In this document: positions 30,462 through 40,077 of the stretch, in pieces | Position numbering within the stretch: the first letter of the stretch is position 1 | Layout: each line of letters starts with the position of its first letter | DNA from: Burkholderiales bacterium | Lineage (GTDB): Bacteria; Pseudomonadota; Gammaproteobacteria; Burkholderiales; Ga0077523 | DNA length: 64,000 nt | Assembly (NCBI GenBank): GCA_038324085.1 | Contig: JBBQHP010000001.1 | Span: 68,381 to 132,380 of the forward strand | Direction of reading: 5' to 3' | The notes under the pieces: generated by a model | What the model saw: the letters and a program-made list of their open reading frames with translations, nothing else | Databases searched by the model: none | What the model was told of the DNA's origin: nothing | Translations under genes and position numbers: made by a program

Positions 30462-31925
30462 CTACCGTGCGCCCTGCGCGAGGCTGGCAGGCTGGGCTAC
30501 CGGCAAGGGGGCCGTGGTATCCATCGCCGATTTCTGCAGAACCGCGGACGCCTGCTTTCGATCTGGCGCGACGGTCACCTCGAGAATTCGCAGCGCCTCG
30601 TGAAGCTGCAGGTCAAGCGAGCCGTCGTCCGCATGCGTATTGTCGGAGCCAATCTGCGCGTCCGGCTCGATCCCGACCCCCTGGATCGCTCGCCCGCCCG
30701 GCGTGAGATAGCGGGCAACCGTCAGCTTGATAGCGGTGCCGTCGCCAAGTGGCAGGATCGATTGAACCAGTCCCTTGCCGAAGGTCCTGGTGCCGACCAG
30801 CAGTGCGCGCCGGTGATCCTGAAGAGCGCCGGCCAGAATCTCGGATGCGGACGCGGATCCACCATCGACCAGGACCACCAGCGGAACGGTCTTCGCAAAG
30901 GCACGTCTGGAGACCGGCGCACCGTTTGCGGCAGTCGCGTTGGCGTCTTCGGTGTGCGAATACAACTGCGAATCGGGACCGATGGATGGACCTTCCAGCG
31001 AGACGACGAGCGAATGCTCCGGCAGAAACTCCGCTGCCACTGCGACGGCGGCGCGCACCGAGCCGCCGGGGTTCCCGCGGAGATCCATGACCATCCCGGC
31101 AATCCTGGGACTTGCCGGATCTGCCAGGCGGTTCAGCGCTTTCGTCACCAGATAGCCGGTCGATTGATCGAAGTGCTCTATGTGGAGATACGCGAAGCCG
31201 CGGTCGAGCCGCCAATCACGAACGCTGGGTCGCGGTACCAGCGCGCGCCTCACGGTTATCGCCCGCGGCGAGTCTTCGCCCGACCGCGTCACGGTCAGGT
31301 GCAGGTTGCTGTCGACGTCTCCCCGGGCAAGATTGAGGGCCTGATCCAGGGTCAGTCCCGCCACGCTCACGCCATCGAGCATCGTGATGCGGTCTCCCGC
31401 GCGCAGGTCAGCTCGAAAAGCGGGCGTGTCTTCCATGCTGCTCAGAACCGTCAAGGCATTACTGTCCAGTGCCACCTCGAGCCCCAGGCCGACGTAGCTG
31501 CCGCGAACTTCCTGTTGCAGTGCGCGATAGGCGCTTTCGTCCAGGAACGTCGAATAGGGATCGAGGCCCATGAGCATGGATCGAATTGCGCGGTTCGCCA
31601 TGGCGTCCTGATCCACGGGGCCCGGGTATCGCGCCCGGATCTCGTCGAAGACGCGATGCACCTTTTCCCAAGACGCACCCGAAGGGTCGGCGGCATGTCC
31701 GGCCGTGGCGCCTACGAGCCCCGAGAGCGCGGCAAATGAGAAGGCCAGCGCGATCGATCGGGTCAACCGCCGGAACAGCAGCGCAATGCGCCTCGGGTGG
31801 TCCAGTTTGGTTCCGACCTGTGGGGCGGCACTGCACAGGTGCAATGACGGATGACCTTGCGCAAATCGGTCGCCCCGCGATTGCGCGGCGTTTTCGTTGG
31901 TCCTCGCAAATGCTTGCACATGCAT
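30462..31925 (-). CDS. S41 family C-terminal processing peptidase (PDZ-containing)
   Basis: PDZ segment (GDRITMLDGVSV), catalytic Ser (DGGSASASEILAGAL) and Lys (TFGKGLVQS). The start is uncertain. An in-frame TTG at 31766 would give a clean signal peptide MTRSIALAFSFAALSGLVGATAGHA. Confidence 0.75.
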   Translation of the reverse strand: MHVQAFARTNENAAQSRGDRFAQGHPSLHLCSAAPQVGTKLDHPRRIALLFRRLTRSIALAFSFAALSGLVGATAGHAADPSGASWEKVHRVFDEIRARYPGPVDQDAMANRAIRSMLMGLDPYSTFLDESAYRALQQEVRGSYVGLGLEVALDSNALTVLSSMEDTPAFRADLRAGDRITMLDGVSVAGLTLDQALNLARGDVDSNLHLTVTRSGEDSPRAITVRRALVPRPSVRDWRLDRGFAYLHIEHFDQSTGYLVTKALNRLADPASPRIAGMVMDLRGNPGGSVRAAVAVAAEFLPEHSLVVSLEGPSIGPDSQLYSHTEDANATAANGAPVSRRAFAKTVPLVVLVDGGSASASEILAGALQDHRRALLVGTRTFGKGLVQSILPLGDGTAIKLTVARYLTPGGRAIQGVGIEPDAQIGSDNTHADDGSLDLQLHEALRILEVTVAPDRKQASAVLQKSAMDTTAPLPVAQPASLAQGAR

Positions 31926-32260
31926 CTGAGTTCTCTACAGCTCCATGATTCACAACAGGATTGCGCGACCACCTCGGCTCATGCTCGTAACGATTCGCCA
32001 ACCGGAGTGGTGCACTTGTCAGTTCGCATTGCTCGAATGCAAGAGCCGCGCCCGAAGCTGGCCGATGGGCATCTTGAACGCGTGCTGGGCGTGAGAGGTC
32101 ATCAGTTCCGGACCAAGGTCGAGGCGCCCGTAAAAGCCTCGTCGCACGGACCTCGCCTGCTTCCCAAGGCGCCGGAACTTCTGCCGGATCCGTCCGATCC
32201 TGGACTGACCAGCCGACGCCGCAGCGTTCGGTCGGGCCGTTCGATCTGGATCCGGATCGT

Positions 32261-32851
32261 TCAGCCTACGAAGGCAGCAGGGACCGGATTGTCGCCCAGT
32301 GCCTGGCGCAACACGGCCCAGTGCATGGCGTCAGTCCCGAGAATGCTGGCAGCCGCTTTCGCCAGGTCGCTGTTGTCGAATGCGGGCACAGCCTTCAGGT
32401 ACGCCGATACGGCGGACTGCTCGAGCCCTGCGAAGAAGCGCAATACGTCGGTGGAGTTCTTCATCTGATCGACGGGAAAGTCGAACTTCTGCGGAGGCGC
32501 TTCGGGCGTCCCTCCGAGATGCTTCACGGAATTCATGAGCAGATCGACGTGTGCCTTGTGATGGCCGTGGAACTGTACCGCCATGTCCGTCAGCGATTTC
32601 GGCAACAAACCGCGCTCCGCTCCGATCTGGTACCCCGCGACGATCTGGTGTTCGCCCCGGAGAGCGCCATTGAGTATCTTCACGTCGTTCGCGGCACTTC
32701 CGGCGGCAGCCTTGATGGGATCAGCCGCATGACCCTCCCGACACCCGAGGAAAACCGCGACCGCGCCGGATATTGCGATAGCCGATCGCCCTAGGAACGT
32801 GCGCCGTCCGGCAACAGGCAATGGCGCGATGGCAGACTCGTAAGCAGTCAT
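32261..32851 (-). CDS. Tat-exported ferritin-like domain protein
   Basis: 196 aa. Twin-arginine signal (GRRTFLGRSAIAISGAVA). The helical body resembles the ferritin-like/DUF4439 type. Confidence 0.55.
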   Translation of the reverse strand: MTAYESAIAPLPVAGRRTFLGRSAIAISGAVAVFLGCREGHAADPIKAAAGSAANDVKILNGALRGEHQIVAGYQIGAERGLLPKSLTDMAVQFHGHHKAHVDLLMNSVKHLGGTPEAPPQKFDFPVDQMKNSTDVLRFFAGLEQSAVSAYLKAVPAFDNSDLAKAAASILGTDAMHWAVLRQALGDNPVPAAFVG

Positions 32852-32993
32852 GGAGGTCCCTCCGGTCTGGTGGATGAGTGGTCGAGCCGATCGGTGAACT
32901 TCGCCGACGAACGGCTTCGAGCGCGGAGCGCGGGTCTCAATGGTACCGCCGGCGAGGACGCATTGCCCGCGTGAGGTCGAGCAACATCGAATC

Positions 32994-33069
32994 TGGTGCC
33001 GGATACAGGAGTCGAACCCGTGACCTTCTGATTACAAATCAGCTGCTCTACCAACTGAGCTAATCCGGC
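32994..33069 (-). tRNA. tRNA-Thr (anticodon UGU)
   Basis: The reverse complement is GCCGGATTAGCTCAGTTGGTAGAGCAGCTGATTTGTAATCAGAAGGTCACGGGTTCGACTCCTGTATCCGGCACCA. It folds as a cloverleaf with anticodon loop TTTGTAA and encoded CCA, and is very similar to E. coli thrU. Confidence 0.9.
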
Positions 33070-33120
33070 GACGCGCGGCGAATTATAAGGTGCAGATCAC
33101 CAACACCTGCTTTCCGCCGG

Positions 33121-33543
33121 TTACTTCACGACCTGGAGTTTCGGTCGTCCGCCCGTGGGGGGGGGCGGTGTGTCATCCGGTCGGTCGTCGTTCTTCTCGA
33201 TGCTCGCCATCTCGCTCAATCCAGAGATGGTGGAGGGCTGCTGGAATGCGAGGCCCTGACCGGTCTCCTTCGCAAACACGCCGCTCACCGAGTCCACCGG
33301 CACCGAGAGCTCGCGGGAAACCCCGTTGAAGCGCGCGGAGAACTGGATCACTTCGTTGCCGATGGTCAGATCGCGTGTGGCGTCCGCACTCACGTTGAGG
33401 GTGATCTCGCCGTCGCGCACGTATTCGAGCGGCACTTTGGTGTGCTCGGTGACCTTGACCGCCAGGTAGGGGGTAAAGCCATTGTCGACGCACCACTCGT
33501 AGATCGCGCGGATCAGGTAGGGCGTCGTCGACGCCTGCTTCAC
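33121..33543 (-). CDS. sspB: ClpXP adaptor / stringent starvation protein B
   Basis: TPYLIRAIYEWCVDNGFTPYLAV..., and a C-terminal ClpX-binding tail ...GGRPKLQVVK. Confidence 0.9.
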   Translation of the reverse strand: MKQASTTPYLIRAIYEWCVDNGFTPYLAVKVTEHTKVPLEYVRDGEITLNVSADATRDLTIGNEVIQFSARFNGVSRELSVPVDSVSGVFAKETGQGLAFQQPSTISGLSEMASIEKNDDRPDDTPPPPTGGRPKLQVVK

Positions 33544-34139
33544 TTGCGCATCACCTTTTCTGCGGGCGTGAGCGCCTCGATGTAGGCCGGGCGGCTGAAC
33601 AGGCGCTCGGCGTACTTGAGCAGGGGCGCCGCCTGCTTGGGCACCTGGATGCCGTAATAGTCGATCCGCCAGAGCAGGGGCGCTATCGCAACGTCCAGCA
33701 TGGAGTATTCGTCGCCCAGCATGTACTTTTGTTTCACGAACACCGGAGCGATCTGCGTCAGACTGTCGCGCACCATCTGGCGCGCCTTGTCGGCGACCTT
33801 CTGGTTGCCCTTCTCCAGCGATTCGATGTGCGTGAACAGCTCGTTCTCGAAGCGGAACAGGAACAGTCGAGCGCGCGCGCGCATCACCGGATCCGCGGGC
33901 ATGAGCTGCGGATGCGGAAAACGATCGTCGATGTACTCGTTGATGATGTTCGACTCGTACAGGATCAGGTCACGTTCGACCAGCACAGGTGTGCGGTTGT
34001 ACGGATTCATCACCGCCAGGTCTTCGGGCTTGTTGAACAGATCGACATCGACGATCTGGAAATCCATCCCCTTTTCATAGAGCACGATGCGGCAGCGCTG
34101 GCTGAACGGGCAGGTGGTGCCGGAGTAAAGGGTCATCAT
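33540..34139 (-). CDS. sspA: Stringent starvation protein A (GST-like)
   Basis: MMTLYSGTTCPFSQRCRIVLYEKGMDF... Overlaps the sspB start by 4 nt. Confidence 0.9.
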   Translation of the reverse strand: MMTLYSGTTCPFSQRCRIVLYEKGMDFQIVDVDLFNKPEDLAVMNPYNRTPVLVERDLILYESNIINEYIDDRFPHPQLMPADPVMRARARLFLFRFENELFTHIESLEKGNQKVADKARQMVRDSLTQIAPVFVKQKYMLGDEYSMLDVAIAPLLWRIDYYGIQVPKQAAPLLKYAERLFSRPAYIEALTPAEKVMRK

Positions 34140-34172
34140 TTTTCTGGGTCTCCGGAGCCGGAGAACGGCCGG

Positions 34173-34922
34173 TTAGTGAACGTCCTTCCAGTACTCCTTC
34201 TTGAGGAGGTAGGCGACCACGAGCAGGACGCCGAGGAAGATGAGGGTGAGGATGCCGATCTGGACGCGATGCGTACGGGCGGGCTCGCCCATGAAAACGA
34301 GATAGTTGACGAGGTCTGCGACGAAGGCGTCGTATTGCTTCGGCGTCAGCGTCCCGGGCTGCACCAGCACGAGTTTCGGTCCCGCGTGGGCGCCGTGATG
34401 CTCGCCTTCGGCGGCTTCTTTGGGCACTTCGAGTTCCTGCTCGCCCTGCAACTGCCACAGCACGTGCGGCATGCCGACGCTGGGAAAGGCAAGGTTGTTC
34501 CACCCGGTCGGCCGGGAATCGTCCCGGTAGTACGTGCGCAGGTAGGTGTAGAGCCAATCAGCCCCGCGCGACCGGGCGATCACGGAGAGGTCCGGCGGCT
34601 GCGCGCCGAACCACTGCATTGCGTCCTTCGGTCGCATTGCCACCGTCATCGGATCGCCGACCTTGGCGTCCGCAGGCAGGAAGTTGTCCTTGATCTGCTG
34701 CTCGGTAAGCCCCAGGTCCATGAGCCGGTTGTAGCGCATGTACTGGGCCGAATGGCAGCTCAGGCAGTAACTCACGAAGTTGCGCGCGCCGCGCTGCAGC
34801 GAGGCCACGTCGTGATTGTCGATGGGCGCCGGGTCGGGCACGAAATGCCCGGCAGCGAGGACCACTGCGGGTGCGAGCAGGGCAAGGGCAACGAGACGTT
34901 GGACGATGCGCATCGTAGTCAT
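34173..34922 (-). CDS. petC: Ubiquinol-cytochrome c reductase cytochrome c1 subunit
   Basis: Signal peptide, CLSCH heme motif and a C-terminal membrane anchor. C-terminal 249 aa of the 589-aa ORF. Confidence 0.9.
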   Translation of the reverse strand: MTTMRIVQRLVALALLAPAVVLAAGHFVPDPAPIDNHDVASLQRGARNFVSYCLSCHSAQYMRYNRLMDLGLTEQQIKDNFLPADAKVGDPMTVAMRPKDAMQWFGAQPPDLSVIARSRGADWLYTYLRTYYRDDSRPTGWNNLAFPSVGMPHVLWQLQGEQELEVPKEAAEGEHHGAHAGPKLVLVQPGTLTPKQYDAFVADLVNYLVFMGEPARTHRVQIGILTLIFLGVLLVVAYLLKKEYWKDVH

Positions 34923-36193
34923 CCGGTCACCCGCTCGGGTTCCGGCTTCTCCTTGTCGTGGGAGGTGTACCAGGGCATGAGGACGAAGAACGCGAAGTAC
35001 ACGATCGTGAAGACGCGGGCGAGGACGGTTGCCATTTCCACGGTGCTGCCCGGGAATTTGCCGAGGAAGTCGGTGGGCTGCATGCCGAGCCAGGCGAGGA
35101 TCACGAAGCTCACCACGAACAGGGCAAGCGCCACCTTGTATTTCGGGCCGCGATAGCGGATCGACTTGACCTTGCCGAAATCGAGCCACGGCAACAGGAA
35201 GAAAACCAGCACGCCGGCGCCCATCACCACCACGCCGGCGAACTGCGACCCGAAGAGCGCGGGAACCGCGCGCAACATCGCGTAGTAGGGCGTGAAGTAC
35301 CAGACCGGAGCGATATGCGGCGGGGTCTTGAGCGGGTAGGCCTGTATGAAGTTGTTTTCCTCGAGGAAGTAGCCGCCGACCTCGGGCATGAAGAATACAA
35401 TGATCGTGAACACCATCAGGAAGACGACGACGCCGACGATGTCCTTCACCGTGTAGTACGGGTGGAAGGCGATGCCATCGAGCGGTATGCCGGTCTTGGG
35501 GTCCTTCTTCTTCTTGATCTCGATGCCGTCGGGGTTGTTGGACCCGACCTCGTGCAATGCGATTATGTGCGCCGCCACCAGACCCAGGAGCACCAGTGGA
35601 ACGGCGATCACGTGGAAGGCGAAGAAGCGGTTGAGCGTCGCATCCGACACGACGTAGTCGCCGCGAATCCAGACCGAAAGGTCCTCGCCGACGAAGGGCA
35701 CCGCGCTGAACAGGTTCACGATCACCTGGGCACCCCAATACGACATCTGGCCCCAGGGCAGCAGGTAGCCGAAGAATGCCTCCGCCATCAGGCACAGGTA
35801 GATCAGCATGCCGAATATCCAGATGAGTTCGCGCGGCTTGCGGAACGAGCCGTAGAGCAGCGCGCGCATCATGTGGAGGTAGACCACGATGAAGAACATC
35901 GACGCTCCGGTCGAATGGATGTACCGCACCAGCCAGCCCCACGGCACGTCGCGCATGATGTATTCGACGGAACCGAATGCCCGTGCGGCATCCGGCTTGT
36001 AGTGCATGGTGAGGAAGATCCCGGAGACGATCTGGATCACCAGCACCAGCATGGCCAGCGAACCGAAGTAGTACCAGAAGTTGAAGTTCTTCGGCGCGTA
36101 GTACTCGGAAAGGTGTGCTTTCCAGTTGGAAGTCAGGGGGAATCGATCATCGATCCACTGGGTGAGCGCGGCGATCTTGCTCATGGAACTCAT
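34919..36193 (-). CDS. petB: Ubiquinol-cytochrome c reductase cytochrome b subunit
   Basis: MSSMSKIAALTQWIDDRFPL...NFNFWYYFGSLA... The stop overlaps the petC start. Confidence 0.9.
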   Translation of the reverse strand: MSSMSKIAALTQWIDDRFPLTSNWKAHLSEYYAPKNFNFWYYFGSLAMLVLVIQIVSGIFLTMHYKPDAARAFGSVEYIMRDVPWGWLVRYIHSTGASMFFIVVYLHMMRALLYGSFRKPRELIWIFGMLIYLCLMAEAFFGYLLPWGQMSYWGAQVIVNLFSAVPFVGEDLSVWIRGDYVVSDATLNRFFAFHVIAVPLVLLGLVAAHIIALHEVGSNNPDGIEIKKKKDPKTGIPLDGIAFHPYYTVKDIVGVVVFLMVFTIIVFFMPEVGGYFLEENNFIQAYPLKTPPHIAPVWYFTPYYAMLRAVPALFGSQFAGVVVMGAGVLVFFLLPWLDFGKVKSIRYRGPKYKVALALFVVSFVILAWLGMQPTDFLGKFPGSTVEMATVLARVFTIVYFAFFVLMPWYTSHDKEKPEPERVTG

Positions 36194-36789
36194 GCTCCCT
36201 TGCTGTCCTGACCGACCATGATCCGGGTGTCGGTGAGATAGGTATAGGGCGGAACCCTCAGATTCACCGGCGCCGGCATGCCCATCAGTACGCGCCCGGA
36301 AACGTCGAACTTCGAGCCGTGGCAGGGGCAGTAGAAGCCGCCCAGCCAATCGTCACCCATCCCACTGTCGGCGCCGATCTGGAGCTTCGCCGTGGGCGAG
36401 CAGCCCAGGTGCGTACAGATGCCGACCAGCACGACATAAGCAGGCTTGATCGAGCGCGTTTCCTTGCCGACATAAGCCGGCTGCTGCGGCTGCTTCGATT
36501 CGGGGTCAGCCACGCGGTCGTCCATCTTGGGAAGGGTCGCCAGCATCGCTGGCGTTCGGTGGATGATCCACACTGGCTGGCCACGCCATTCGATCGTGAT
36601 CATCATGCCCGGCTCGACCTTCGAGATATCGACTTCGACCGGGGCACCAGCGGCCCGCGCGCGCGCGCTGGGGAGCATGGTGCTGAGGAATGGTACGGCG
36701 ACCGCGACAGCCCCGACGCCACCGACCACACTTGTTGCGGCCACAAGAAATCGCCGCTTGCCGACGTCCGGCGCTGACGTATTGCCCAT
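36190..36789 (-). CDS. petA: Ubiquinol-cytochrome c reductase Rieske iron-sulfur subunit
   Basis: Tat-like KRRFLVAATSVVGG, with Rieske motifs CTHLGC and CPCHGS. Confidence 0.9.
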   Translation of the reverse strand: MGNTSAPDVGKRRFLVAATSVVGGVGAVAVAVPFLSTMLPSARARAAGAPVEVDISKVEPGMMITIEWRGQPVWIIHRTPAMLATLPKMDDRVADPESKQPQQPAYVGKETRSIKPAYVVLVGICTHLGCSPTAKLQIGADSGMGDDWLGGFYCPCHGSKFDVSGRVLMGMPAPVNLRVPPYTYLTDTRIMVGQDSKGA

Positions 36790-37048
36790 GCCGAGATCCT
36801 TGCTCTGCGATAAAGACCGCGGAGTATATCGGGCTTTATCGGGAATGTCTCGATTTTGACCGCTAAGCCGCTGTTGCATTGGACAAAACTCCCTGGACAT
36901 CGGCCTCGCCCGCGGCGCTTCGGGGCACTTCACCGAGTCGACGACCTTGCGCCGCACAATAAGCCCCCCCCGCGGCTACGGGATCCTGGTGCCAAAGGCT
37001 ACAATCGGCCTCCGTTTTCCCTCAATCAAGCATCGGGAGCATCGGACC

Positions 37049-37492
37049 ATGAAAGTCCGCGTCAAATGGCTCGAAGGCGTCGCTTTCGTTGCCCAGACCG
37101 AAAGCAGCCACGCCTTCGTGATGGACGGAGCGCCGGAGGGTGGTGGTCGGAACCTGGGGCCGCGCCCCATGGAGACCGTGCTCGCCGGCACCGGGGGATG
37201 TACGGCCTACGACGTCGTGACGATCCTCAAGAAATCACGCCAGGACGTCACCGACGTCTCAGTCGATCTGGACGCCGAGCGCGCATCGACGGACCCGAAA
37301 GTCTTTACCCGCATCCATATGCACTTCGTCGTAACCGGGCGTGGCGTCAAGCGCGAGGCGGTCGAACGCGCGGTGCGCATGTCCGCGGAAAAATACTGCT
37401 CGGCCTCGGCCATGCTCGCCAAGACGGCGGAGATGACTCACGACTTCGAGATCGTCGAACTCGGCGACGCCCGGACCGTGCCTCAGACGTAA
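37049..37492 (+). CDS. OsmC family peroxiredoxin-like protein
   Basis: [33 protein letters not shown]...GGCTAYDV...[10 protein letters not shown], with the two conserved Cys. Confidence 0.8.
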   Translation: MKVRVKWLEGVAFVAQTESSHAFVMDGAPEGGGRNLGPRPMETVLAGTGGCTAYDVVTILKKSRQDVTDVSVDLDAERASTDPKVFTRIHMHFVVTGRGVKREAVERAVRMSAEKYCSASAMLAKTAEMTHDFEIVELGDARTVPQT

Positions 37493-38112
37493 TAGGTCGT
37501 TCCGGTCATCACCCGCGAAGTGAGCTTCATCGCGGACCTCACGGGATATGGAAGCTCGGCACCGCCGCTTTCCATGGCCGTGCGGGCATGCGTTGATTCA
37601 TCCTCGCGCATGCGCTCGACGACCGCGCGGCTTTTCGCATCCGCCTCCGGCAGCCGATCGAGATGGCCGGCGAGGTGGCCTTCGACCTGGCGCTCCGTCT
37701 CGGAGAGAAATCCCAGATTCCAGCGATCACCCGCCAGACCCGATAGCGCTCCCATGGCGAACGCGCCCGCATAGAACAGCGGGTCGAGACGACTTCTGCG
37801 TCCACCCAGAGCATCGATGCGCGACCGGGTCCACGCGAGGTGGTCGGTCTCCTCTTCGGCCGCCTGCTCGAGCACCTGGCGCACCGCCGGATCGCGCGCC
37901 GTCAGCATCTGGCCCTGGTAGAGAGCCTGCGCGCAAACCTCGCCGGTGTGGTTCACACGCATCAGGGCAGCAGCGAGGTGGCGCTCGGCGGGCGCGAGGT
38001 CTGCTTCGGGCAGATCGGCGCCCGGCTCGGCCCGACGCGCCTGCGGAAGCACGAACAGGGTCCGCAATCCCCGATCGAAGCCCACGATCAGGCGATCGAG
38101 ATCGAACATCAC
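37483..38112 (-). CDS. coq7: Demethoxyubiquinone hydroxylase (Coq7 family di-iron monooxygenase)
   Basis: Ferritin-like ExxH motifs (EEETDHL, EDESTHA) and [15 protein letters not shown]. The start is either GTG 38112 or ATG 38109, and both overlap the tusA stop. Confidence 0.85.
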   Translation of the reverse strand: MMFDLDRLIVGFDRGLRTLFVLPQARRAEPGADLPEADLAPAERHLAAALMRVNHTGEVCAQALYQGQMLTARDPAVRQVLEQAAEEETDHLAWTRSRIDALGGRRSRLDPLFYAGAFAMGALSGLAGDRWNLGFLSETERQVEGHLAGHLDRLPEADAKSRAVVERMREDESTHARTAMESGGAELPYPVRSAMKLTSRVMTGTTYYV

Positions 38113-38351
38113 TTCTTGCGCATCAGGAAGTTGAACTCGCCGCGGCTTTCATTCGCCGCGACCAGCGTATTGCCGGTCTGCTTGGCGAAGGCCTGGAAGT
38201 CGCGCACCGAACCGGGATCGGTCGCGGTCACTTTCAGGACCTGCCCGGAGTTCATGCCGTTCAAGGCCTTCTTGGTGCGCAGAATCGGCAGCGGGCAGTT
38301 CAGCCCGCGTGCGTCGAGCTCGAAATCGTGCAGTGTGATGGCAGTATTCAT
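38109..38351 (-). CDS. tusA: TusA-family sulfur carrier protein
   Basis: 80 aa. [19 protein letters not shown] contains the conserved CPxP cysteine motif. Confidence 0.85.
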   Translation of the reverse strand: MNTAITLHDFELDARGLNCPLPILRTKKALNGMNSGQVLKVTATDPGSVRDFQAFAKQTGNTLVAANESRGEFNFLMRKK

Positions 38352-38686
38352 GTGGGTTCCGATGAATCGGGCAGCGCAAGTTCTTCGCCCTCGCGAATCC
38401 AGGCCAGTACTCCGCCGCGCAGGTTGTAGACCCTTTGGAAACCTTGCGCGGCGAGGAAGTTCGCGGCCTGGAGGGATCGGCCGCCGGACTGGCATACCAT
38501 GACCAGCGGCGCTTCGCGCGACAGCTCATCGAAGCGATTCGGCAATGTTTGCAAAACGATATGACGGGCGCCGGCGATGACCCCGCGGGCCACTTCGGCG
38601 TCGGTGCGAACGTCCACCACGACCACCGCTTCGGCGGCGGCGAGGGCCTTGAACTGGGCCACGGAGATATCGGCGAAGTCGGTCAT
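38348..38686 (-). CDS. Single-domain rhodanese (sulfurtransferase)
   Basis: 112 aa with active-site loop CQSGGRS. ATGA overlaps occur at both ends. Confidence 0.85.
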   Translation of the reverse strand: MTDFADISVAQFKALAAAEAVVVVDVRTDAEVARGVIAGARHIVLQTLPNRFDELSREAPLVMVCQSGGRSLQAANFLAAQGFQRVYNLRGGVLAWIREGEELALPDSSEPT

Positions 38687-39978
38687 CGCAATCCTACGTT
38701 GCGGTCCAGAAGCAGTTGCGAAACCCGTATGTTCGCCGATTCCAGACGCGACACCAGCAGTTCCAGAAACGCCGCATTGAACCGGTTGCGGCACGACTCC
38801 GTGGACTCAGACAGCGCCTGGTCCGCAATCTCGATCATGGTGATGTCGGTCCCGGCGGTGACTGTCGCGGTGCGCTGGAAGTCCTTGGTGCCGAGATAGC
38901 TCATCTCGCCGAAACATTCGCCGGCTTTCAGCACGTTCAACAGCTTTTCACTCTTGGTGACGCGAACCTCTCCTGCCGCGAGAATGAAGAATGATCTGCC
39001 TGCCGCACCCTGACGGATGACCGTGGTGCCGGACGGGTGGCGGGACCAGGTGGAGATGCGCACAACCTGCCAGAGGTCGACGTCACTGAAGCCGCGGAAG
39101 AAGGTCAGTGCGCGCAGGGTGTTGAACTTCTCGGTCTCCGGCACGACCTCGGCGGTGTTCTGCAGGTCCACGAAGATGCTCGCAAGGTCGGATGAGAATT
39201 CCGCCCAGGTCTGGTAGCGCTTCTCCAGATTCTTCTGCAGCGACTTTTTGGCGATGATATCGACTGCGCTCGGGATGTCGGGCCGGTGCATCGATGGCGG
39301 TGGCGGGTCGACGTTGATGATCTGGTAGACCATGCTGAAGTTGTTGGTCGCCTTGAATGGCAATCGCCCGGTCAGCAATTGATAGAGCACCACGCCGAGC
39401 GAGAAGATGTCGGTCTGATGATTGAGTTGGTGGTCACGAACTTGTTCGGGCGACATGTACGCAGGCGATCCCACGCCGGTGACCTGAGTGGTCTCGGACA
39501 CGAGCGACAGTGCGGCGCCGAAATCGGAAATCTTGATGTCGCTGCCGCCGGTCATGAGGATGTTCGCGGGCTTGATGTCACGATGGATGATACCGTGGCG
39601 GTGGGCGAAATCGAGCGCCTTGCTGCACTTGAAGATGATCTCGATGATGCGCGCCACCGGCAACAGGTTGTCGACCTTGCAGAAGGGCTCGAGGGTTCCG
39701 CCTTCCACGTATTCCATGACGATGTAGCTGCCCTCGTCGCTCGCTTCCGCATCGAAGATCGCCACGATGTGCGGGTGCTGGAGCTTGCCGGCGAGGGAGG
39801 CCTCGGTCAGGAACAGCTTCTGGAAGCGCTTGCCGTGCTCCTTGTCGCCGAGCGCCTCCTGCTTCACGAGCTTGACGGCGACCTGGCGGGCTGCGAACGG
39901 ATCGTTCGCAAGATAGACGGCGCTCGTCGCACCCTTACCCAGCTCATGAAGGATCTCGTACTTGCCGATCTTCTGCAT
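38683..39978 (-). CDS. Hanks-type Ser/Thr protein kinase fused to a C-terminal cyclic-nucleotide-binding domain (canonical HRD)
   Basis: GKGATSAV, VAVKL, HRDIKPAN, DFG, SPAYMSPE. The C-terminal CAP_ED domain has FGEMSYL...RTATV. Paralog of 23887-25197. Confidence 0.85.
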   Translation of the reverse strand: MQKIGKYEILHELGKGATSAVYLANDPFAARQVAVKLVKQEALGDKEHGKRFQKLFLTEASLAGKLQHPHIVAIFDAEASDEGSYIVMEYVEGGTLEPFCKVDNLLPVARIIEIIFKCSKALDFAHRHGIIHRDIKPANILMTGGSDIKISDFGAALSLVSETTQVTGVGSPAYMSPEQVRDHQLNHQTDIFSLGVVLYQLLTGRLPFKATNNFSMVYQIINVDPPPPSMHRPDIPSAVDIIAKKSLQKNLEKRYQTWAEFSSDLASIFVDLQNTAEVVPETEKFNTLRALTFFRGFSDVDLWQVVRISTWSRHPSGTTVIRQGAAGRSFFILAAGEVRVTKSEKLLNVLKAGECFGEMSYLGTKDFQRTATVTAGTDITMIEIADQALSESTESCRNRFNAAFLELLVSRLESANIRVSQLLLDRNVGLR

Positions 39979-40077
39979 TGAACACGCGCTCGAGGGCGCG
40001 TACCTCGCGAAAAATGCCAGAATTCTAGCGAATTATCCCCTGCACACCACGGTCGCCGGGCGGCGACGCCACTCCGA

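Noticed and set aside
31926-32260. Unassigned 335-nt region of lower GC between the S41 peptidase and the ferritin-like gene. A minus-strand frame reads ...GRIRQKFRRLGKQARSVRRGFYGRLDLGPELMTSHAQHAFKMPIGQLRARLLHSSNAN
   Set aside because: I considered a decayed gene or mobile-element remnant near tRNA-Thr. The frame has no credible start, I recognise no family, and there are no flanking repeats. A BLASTX/tBLASTn search would be needed.
32852-33120. tRNA-Thr as a possible genomic-island integration site
   Set aside because: There is no integrase, no direct repeat of the tRNA 3' end, and no compositional break that I could see on either side. The flanking genes (sspAB, petABC) are core genes.
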